Notes under the pieces: generated by a model | What the model saw: only the letters and a program-made list of their open reading frames with translations | Databases searched by the model: none | Told to the model about the DNA's origin: nothing | Shown: positions 21,801 through 30,800 of the stretch, in pieces | Layout: each line of letters starts with the position of its first letter | How positions within the stretch are numbered: the stretch's first letter is position 1 | NCBI GenBank assembly: GCA_035533075.1 | Contig: DATLUO010000064.1 | Span: 12,573-76,572, forward strand | Length of the DNA: 64,000 nt | Direction of reading: 5' to 3' | Source: Pirellulales bacterium | Lineage (GTDB): Bacteria > Planctomycetota > Planctomycetia > Pirellulales > JAICIG01 | Made by a program: the position numbers and the translations under genes

Positions 21801-24800
21801 TGATGACCACATCGGCCGCTTGTGCATCCGGCAATGCGCCGGGATTGAACTGCAAGTCGACAAAACCGGCGGTGCCTGCCAGGGATGACGTGTCAATCGT
21901 GACCTGGTAGTCAGCCGCCCTCACCCCGGCCCTCTCCCGGAGGGAGAGGGAGGAACCCGACGCGCTGGCCACGCTGCCGTCCGTGTCATGCACCGTTACT
22001 GTGACCGGAAATCTGCCGTCCTCGGAGTAGGTGTGCCCGCCGCTGACGTTGAAGCTGAACCCTCTCACGCTGTTCGAGGTGATGGTGCCGACGCTTGTCG
22101 TGCCGTCGCCCCAGTCAATGGTGGCGGAGTAATCGGCGGCGGCGCCAGTGTCGCTGTCGGTGAACGACGCCACCACTCCGCTGAACGCCGCGCTCTCGGT
22201 CGGTTGGAAGGGGACGTTGGTCAGGTGAATTACGCCGGCACCCTGGGCGTCGATCCGGGCCACAAAGGCGGTCGTTTGCTGCGACGAATAATAGGCCGGA
22301 ATGTCGCTCTGCGGCTGGGCGGCGTCGAAGGTGGGAAAGTCGCTCGAGGTTGTGAAGCCGGTCACGTAAGCCCCGCCGCCGGGTGTGACCGCGACGGCTT
22401 TGCCCCAATCCGTGCCGCTGCCGCCCAGGAACGTCGAGTAATCGAGCGCGCCGCCGCTGGCGTTGATGCGTGCCAGGAAGGCATCGCCTCGGCCCAACGA
22501 GTCGTAGTAGTTTCCTTGCGTCCTGGTATCGCCGCCGAACACCGGTTGCACGGCGTGCAGCGTGGGAAAATCGGCCGAGCCGGCCTGACCGGTCACGTAG
22601 GCGTTGCCCGCCGCGTCGACGGCGATGCCGCTGCCAACATCCGGTCCGCTGCCGCCCAGGTAGGTCGAGTAGACGAAGCTCGATCCGTCGGGGCTGAGTT
22701 TGGTGACAAAGGCGTCGCCCGCGACAAGTCCGCTCTCCTGCAGTCCATTGGCGTCAAGCCCAATGCCGCCGAAGGAGGATTGCAGCGCGTTGGCGGTCGG
22801 AAAACTCGTCGACATGGTGGTGCCGACGACATAGGCGCTTCCCGCGGCGTCGACCGCGATGCCGTTGCCGACGTCGTTCCCGCTGCCGCCGAGATAAGTC
22901 CAATAATCGAGCGCGCTGCCGCTCGTGTCGATCTTGGCCACAAAGGCGTCGAACTGGCCGCCACCGAACGTCGCTTGCGCGGCGTGCAGCACCGGTTCGT
23001 TGGGCGGCGACGCCGAGGGGTCGCTATACTTCGCATTGAACACGTTGCCGGTCAGGTAGGCGTTGCCTGCCGCATCGACCGCCAGGGCATTCACCCATGC
23101 TCCCGGTGTCACTCCCTCGCCGTACGCGACATATTCCGTGCCGGGCACATAGGTCGCGTAGAGGACGCTGTCGCCTGCCGGACTGAGCTTCTCTAGAAAG
23201 CCGCCTGAGGGTGTTGCCGATAGCGCCCCAGCGGTCGTGTGGTAATGCGGGGAGAAATCGTACCCGGCCACGTAGATGTTGCCTGTGGAATCGAGCGCGA
23301 CCCCGGCGGCCGACAAAGCGTCGGCAAGGTAAGTCGAGAAGACGAACCCGCTGCCATCGGCCTTCAACTTGGCGAGGAAGACGGTGGGGGTATCGAACAG
23401 AGCCGGCAGCGGGTTCACGAGCGGAAAGTCGGCCGAGTAGGTCTGGCCGGCGATCACCGCCTCGCCCGCGGCATCCACCGCGATGGCGCTGCCAAAGTCG
23501 CCGACGACGCTGCCAGCGATATCAAACGTGCCGCTGCCGCCGAAATAAGTCGAGTACACCAGCGCGCCCGATGAATCGTACTTCGTCACAAAGGCCACGT
23601 AGGATCCGGCCAGGAGGTCGGGCGGCGGGCCAAACCCGCCCAAGGTCGGAAAGTCCAACGACGCCGTCTGGCCGGTCAGGTAGACGTTGCCCGCGCCATC
23701 GACGGCGATGCTATTTCCCTGATCGTAGTGGCTGCCGCCCAGATAGGTTGAAAACACCAGCACCGGGTCGATGACCAGCGGCTGGCTGGCGTCATAAGCG
23801 CCGACGCGGAAACCGACCGAGCCATCGGCCTCGATCACATAGCCGCCCGCGACCGCCAGACGAACGCCGTTCACCTCTTGATACAGCACGGGCGATTGTT
23901 CCGTTACATCTCCCGCCGCCGTGTGCAGCACCAGGTTGCCGGCCGTGTCGACGCTGACGCTCTCGGCGCCCTGAATCGACAGCCGGATCAAGTTCGGATC
24001 GGCGCCCGGCGCCACGGTAAAGTCGTACTCCAGCCGCGCCGTGGCCGAGCTGTGGTAGTCGAGCGTGATGCCGGGATAAACGTCGCGATACTCGACCCGC
24101 GCGTACGACGTGGCGCCCGTCTCCCATTTCGAGGGGTCATTGCCAACCAGATAATTCGTCTTGCCCGACAGCGGATCGAGCCCGATCGGCTCGGCCGAGG
24201 CGTTGGCGCCCACCAGGGCCAACTGCACGACGCTGGGCGCATACGAACCCGAAGCCGCGTAGGGTGGGACAAGCGAGCTTGCGAGCGCCGGCCCACCATC
24301 CGTGTTTCCGGTTGGCGTCGATTTCGGCGGGTCGAGGGTCAGCACGGCTTCGGTTGAGGTGAGAAATAGCGAATACCCCGCGCCTTGCGATACGAACCGC
24401 GCCTGCGAGTCGGTCTGCCCGACGTTGGCGACGAAGCCTGCGCCGGCGCCGCCCAGCGCCGGCGTGGCGCCGACCGGCGTCGCCGCGCCGAACGGCCCAT
24501 CGATGACCGTTACCTTGTAGCTAAACTTCGCCAGGCTGGGGTCGCTGAACTGAAGCGTCACGTCGGCCGACTGGCCGGGCGACAACTGGCTCACCTGGAG
24601 AAGGTGATATGCCTCGCCGGAAGGAAGCACGCCGTCGGCATTGGCCAGCGTGACTCCGCCGGGCAGTCCCTTGACAATCAGGTAGAATGGTCCCTTCAGC
24701 GTTACACCGCCGAGGTTGAGCACGCTTCCCGACGAACTGACCACTCCGCTCTTGGGGTTGACTTTCCCGCCCAGCCCCACAACTTTGACTTTCTTGGTGA

Positions 24801-27800
24801 CGTCGGGCAGCACATCGACCGTGTCGGTCATGGTCGCGGCGTCGCCGGTGTCGTCGCTGAGCGTGACAACCGGTTGTTTGTTGCCAGCTTTGGAGTAAAC
24901 GTGGCCCGAAGAGGAGACGACAAGGTGCGCGTTGCTGATGGCGACTGCGGCGGCGTCAGGCTTGCCGCCGTCGCCCCAATTGACCGTGGCCGTGTACTCG
25001 CTGGTTCCGGTTTCCACACCGTGCGGCACCTGGAACGAGGCGAGCGTGAGCGGGCCGGTGGCAAAACCTTGGAAGGCGGTGAGCGTGGCCGAAGGCGGCA
25101 ACGGCACCGGCGGCTCGTCTTGAATCTGAGCGTTGCCGCTGGCCGTTACCTGACTGCCGCCCGCGTCGAGCACGCGCACGGAAATCGCCATGGCCGCCTC
25201 ATCCAAATACGTATGAGCGCCGATCACGTCTAAACCGTTGTTGTACTGGGCCCCGATTTCGAACAACGGCTCGGGCTTGCCTCCCCCACTCGACACAAGA
25301 TTGAGCACCGCCGAGCCGCTACCGTCTCCGGACACGGCGAGCAAGTTGATGAAGCCACCGGAGACGGCCGGTGGGTAAAGTTGGAAGCCCAGGCCGCCGG
25401 TGAAGCCGGTGCCGATCTTCAACAGCGATGTGGCCTTCACGGTCGCGCCCATCTGCACCTGGTAGAGCGTCGAGGCGCCTTTGGCGTCGGTGGCAACGGC
25501 GAAAAAGAAATTACTTGCTAGGTAGGTGAACCCGGTGACCGAGAAGCTGCCCAGGCTGCCGACCTGCTTCACCGCCCAAGTCTTGGGATCGATGGAGAAC
25601 AAGGTCGAGCTGCCCCCGCTGACCGCGACCGCGTAGAGGTTGCCGTCTTGCCAGTCGTAGGCCAGGCCGCCGGTGAAGTTACTGCCTAGATACGCGAGCT
25701 GCGAAACAGTCTGTTTGTCCGGATCGAGTAGGTTGAGGAACGACTCGCCGGAATCGTTGTTGCTGAGCGCATACAGTTTAAAGTTCGCACCCTCCGCAAC
25801 TCCACCGCGAAAGTCGGGCGTGAGCTTTAGCAGGGGGGTTGGCGGAGGCGGATTGTTTGTTCGGTAGTCGATCGACAGCAAATAAGGCGTTCCCGCGTCG
25901 GGTCCGGTCGAGACATTGCCGATGCCCAACAACCCGCGGTCCGGCGTCCAGACGAGCGCGCCGGTGCCGTCGAAGGCCACCTGTCCCACCGTGGAGGAGC
26001 TGCCGTCGCCCCAGTCGATGTTCGTTTGGTAATCTTTGGGCTCGCCATTGGGATCGCTGTCGCTAAACGTGGCGACCGTGCCATAAAATGGAAGCCCTTC
26101 CGCCGGAGCAATGGTGTTGTTGCTCGCTGTCAGCTTGCCGTCTTCAATCTGGGCGTCAAGGGTGACTTTTGCCGAGGCGCCGCCGACGTCGTTGATCGTC
26201 ACGCTGACAGTGTAGCTGCCTTCTTCCTCGTAGGCGTGTTCGCCGGTTACAGTAAAACCGCCGCCGCCCCCTGTGATCGTGCCGGTCGCCGGATCGGTCT
26301 TATCGCCCCAATCGATGGTGGCCTTGTACACACCGGGCTGAGCGTTCGGGTCTGCGTCGGTAAAGGTGGCCAAGGCGGCGGTAAAGTCCTCGCCCTCCGC
26401 CTTGACGTCGCCGGCAATATCATTCGCCTGGGCTGTCAGGGGCCGGTCGCTGACATAGGCGACGTTGATCTTCGACACCGCCTGCTCGAATTGCGGCTGG
26501 TCCGGGTTGCCTTGCAGTTGCGGACTGTTGTCGGCCCAGAGCGGATAGAGAATGTTCTGCGCGAAGGCCAGACCGGTGTAGTCGTTGTACTGGTTGCGTT
26601 GTCCCGCGCTATCGAGCCCCAAATCGGTGGCGTTGGAGCTGCCGGGGCTCACCTGGATGTTGGTGGAGAAGCTCTTCCCGCCTTGCGTGCTGACCGCGGC
26701 GAAAAACTGGGCCTTGACGTTGCTTGGGTCGTTGCGCGTGTCATACCAGGAAACCCCGACGTTGCCCGTGCTCTCATCGACGGCGATGCCGGGAAAAAAC
26801 TTGCTGCTTGTGCTGGTGTCGTCGTTCACCTTGACTGGATCGCTCCAGGTTTTGGCCTGATCGTCGGAGTAACGGACAAAGATATTGGTCACAGCGCTGC
26901 CCACGGCATCCGAGCCGGTATAAACGACGTAGATGCGGCCCTTATGGCCGGCGTCGCTGGTATCGATCGCCACGTTCGCCCCAGCATGGACCTTCCGGTC
27001 CGCCTGGGCGGGAATGGCGAGCTGTCCACCGACATTGGTATCGGTGACCTTGGTCGGCGCCCCAAACGCGCCCGGCGCGCCGCTGGCATTGAAGCTGGCA
27101 TAAACGGCCGACGGACCCACGCTCCCGGTCGGACTTTGATAGATGAGCACGACGTCGCCGGTCGCGCCGATCGCCAGGTAAGCGAGGTTGGCGCCCGCGT
27201 CAACCATCGCTTGCGGAGTGCCGAATGGGCCGATGGCGCCGGCGCCCAGGGCGCGCACCGCGCCGCTCACCGCGGCCCCGACGACCGTGATCGCATGCGT
27301 CGGCGAGTTGTTCTGGTAAGCGACCCACACGCTGGCGTCCTTGCCGCCTTGACCCGGACCGGTCGCCAGCGACGGCTTATCGACGCCGCTTGCGTCGCTG
27401 AAGGTCGTGAGTTGCGTAAAGCTTTGCCCGCCGTCGCTGCTGATCGCGACCACGATCAGCTTGTTTGTTATGTCGAGGTAGGTGAGGAACAGGTTGCCGT
27501 ACTGGTCGAAGGCGGCAATCGGGTCGCAGCAAGCTTCCGTCAGGCCGTCCGAGCCGTCGGCCATCGGGCGGCTCGTCCAACTGTCGCCGCCGTCGGTGCT
27601 GTATGCGGCGAACAGGCCGAGTCCCTCCTCGTTGGAGGCCGCGAAGAGCTGCTTCGGATCGTGCGGGTTGATGGCGATCGTACCCTCGGCCTGGTTGCCC
27701 GGCAGCTTGCTGATATCGAGCGCGTTGGTGGTGCTGCCGCTCACATCGTGTACGTTGTCGTGTACCGTAACCTGGACCGGATAGCCGCCTTCTTCGGCGT

Positions 27801-30800
27801 AGGTGTGCGTCGCGCGTACCACATAGCCGTTGGTGGCGTCGCCGGTCGGTGTGACGCTGTCCGGCTTGGAGCCGTCGGCCCAATCGATGGTGACGGTGAA
27901 GTCCGTGGCGGAGAGGTTCGGATCGGGATCGGTGAATTTGGCGATCGTGCCTTGAAAGGTCTGGCCTTCGCTGGTCGTGGGCGGCGTGACGGTTACTTTG
28001 GGCGTGTCGGCGAGCACCTGGGCGACGGCGATGCGGGCAACCGCCGCGTCGTAATTTGGCAGGTCCGGGTTTGCGCCCAAGGCGCGACTGTTGTCGGCCC
28101 AGGCCGGGTAAAAGAAGCCGTTGGCGAAGGCCGCCCCTTCGTAATCGCCGAAATCGATGTCGCGGGAGTTCGCCGGGTTTTGCAGCACGTTGTCGTCGTC
28201 GGAACTGCCGATGCTGATCTGGACGTTGGCCGAGAAGGTGTTGCCGCCGTCACCGCTGACGGCGCCGAAGAGTTGAGCATCGTCGTTGGGGAGCTCTCCA
28301 TCCGTGTCGCCGCCAGGCGCCACGCCGGGATCGTTGCGCGTATCGTACCAGGAGACTCCGACGCTACCGGTGCTCGGGTCGACGGCCACGCTGGGCCAGA
28401 AGTGGCTCGCCCCGCCGCCGTCGTCGTTGACCTTCACGGGGTTGCTCCACGTCGTGCCGTTGTCGTCGGAATAGCGAAGAACGATGTTCGTGTTTTGGCT
28501 CCCGACCGCGGGAGAGTCGGTGTAGACCAGGTAGACACGGCCCTGGTGGGCGCTTTTGGGAGACCGGTCCCACGCCAGACGCGGCAAGGCATCAATGCCC
28601 AGCCGGACGCCAGCCACGACGGAATCGTCCTGGGCGTTGATCGGCAGATCGGCGCCAACATTGGTGGCCGTGGTGTGGCTCCCGGCCGGTGTCGACGGGG
28701 CGGGGACGACGATGGCCGGATTAAAACCGCCCGCCAGGCCACTCGGATCCAGATTGACGAACACCTCGGACGGGCCCGGGCCGGAGGCGGCATCCATGTA
28801 GCTGACCAGTACCTGCCCGTTCGGGCCGACGTCGATTCCGCCAAAGTTCCCGAGCACGGGTCCGGCGCTCCCCGCTGGGCCAGGGGCGGTCGCCACGGGA
28901 AGAAAGGCACCGATACTCCCAATTCCCCCAGCACCGCTCACCGGACCGCTCACCGCTGCGCCGGTGACGTTGATGTGATCCGTGGGCGTATTCGATTCGA
29001 AGGTCACCCACACGCTGCCGCCCACGCCCCCGATTCCAGGACCGACCGCGACGGAGGGTTGGTCGACTCCGCCGGCGTCGGGGAACGTGGCCAGTGGACT
29101 GAAGGTTTTGCCGCCGTCGGAACTGACAACCAGCACCACCGCGTTGACTCGAGCGTTGATATAGACCAGGAAGAGGTTGCCGAACTGGTCGAAGACCGCC
29201 TTGGGATCGCCACCGCTGCGAATCAGCGGATCGTCCCCGTCGCCGATCAAGTGATCGCGCGGGTCGGTCGGCGACCAGGTTTTGCCGCCGTCGGTGCTAT
29301 AGGCCGCGAAGATCCCGATGCCCGGATTGGTTGCCGTGGGCGGAGCATCATGATTCGAGGCGAGGAACAGGCGCTCGCTGTTGTTCGGATCGACGGCGAT
29401 CGTGGTTTCACTTTGGTTGCCGCCCATCTGGCTGACGTCGACGTTCGTCGTCACGTCGGCGTCATGAACGGTTACCACGACGGGATAGCTCCCCAGCTTC
29501 GCGTAGGTGTGACTGCCCATCACCACAAAGGGCGTATCCGGCCCGCCCGGCTGCACGATGCTGACGTTCTGGTCGTTGGAGTCGCCGTCTCCCCAATTGA
29601 TGCGCGTGCCGCTGAAGTTCGCCTTGGGATCGGGAGCGACAAAGGACGCCACCGGACCGAAGAACGGCACGCCCAGTGAGGCGTTTACCGGCAAGGCCGT
29701 CACGCGCAGCGGCCCGCTGAGCCGCGCCACAAAGGCCGAAGTGACCTGCTGAGATAAATCAAGGACATTAGCGCCGCTGGGGTAGAAGTAGCTATCCGCG
29801 TTGTTTATGCTTGTGTAGCCATCGAATTGACCTGCTGGTCGATTGAATCCGCTCTGAACCGCGTTGGCCGTTGTGGGAAAGTCGGTGGAGTCGGTGGTGC
29901 CGACCACGTAAGCATTGCCCAGGCGGTCCAAGGCGACGCCGTACGCCACGTCGTTACCGGTGCCGCCGAGGTAGGTCGAGTAGAGCAGCGCTGAGCCGCT
30001 GGGATCGAGCTCGGCGACAAAGGCGTCGAACGGCCCCGGGAAGCCGTAGCCCTCGTCGGGCGGCTCCGGCGAGTGCTGCGCCTGGATGGCATCGACCACG
30101 GGGAAATCCGTCGTGGCCGAGCTGCCGACAATAAAGGCGTCGCCAGCGGCGTCGACGGCAATGGCATGCGCAAAGTCCCCGAAATCGAACGGGTAGGTGT
30201 GGCCGTCGTGCGTGGTCTGAATGACGCCCGTGCCGCCGCCCAAATAGGTTGAGTAAACGAGCTTGGAGAAGTCGCCGGCGAGCTTCGCCACGAAGCCGGC
30301 GGCGCTGCCAAAGTTTTGAACACCGTCGCCCGGCTTGGTGGTTTCGAGAGCGCCAGGCGTCGTGGGAAAGTTCGTGCTAAAGGTGGTTCCTGCCAGGTAG
30401 ACGTTGCCGGCGCCGTCCACCGCCACGCCTTCGCCGAAATCGTCGTGATTCCCGCCCAGTCGCGCCGCGGCGAGCTGCGATCCGTCCTTCGCCGAGAGCT
30501 TCGACACATAAGCGTCGTTCCCGCCTAGCGACTCCTCGACGAACGTGTAATTCCCGAGCTGCGTATCGAGCGTTGTCCCGGCGAAGAAGACGTCGTCCGT
30601 GGTGTCGAGCGCGATGGCGTTGCCAAAGGTCCCCGCCGAGCCGACGTAGTCCTTCCAGTCGAGGCTGCCGCCAGGGGCGATGCGCGCCACGAATGCCTGA
30701 TGACCGCCGCCGTTGAAGCCGGAAGTCCCGACCACATAGGCATTGCCGGCTGGATCGACGGCAATTCCGTTTCCCTGGGCGGGGATCACCGCGTCCGGAT

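Noticed and set aside
26026-29679. A 1217-aa plus-strand ORF, and many other long ORFs antisense to the giant gene (e.g. 17593-18933, 19465-21135, 21988-23196, 30976-31902).
   Set aside because: Their translations are Arg/Gly/Ala/Val-rich with no motifs. The opposite strand carries clear domain signatures. These are typical stop-poor antisense frames in GC-rich DNA.
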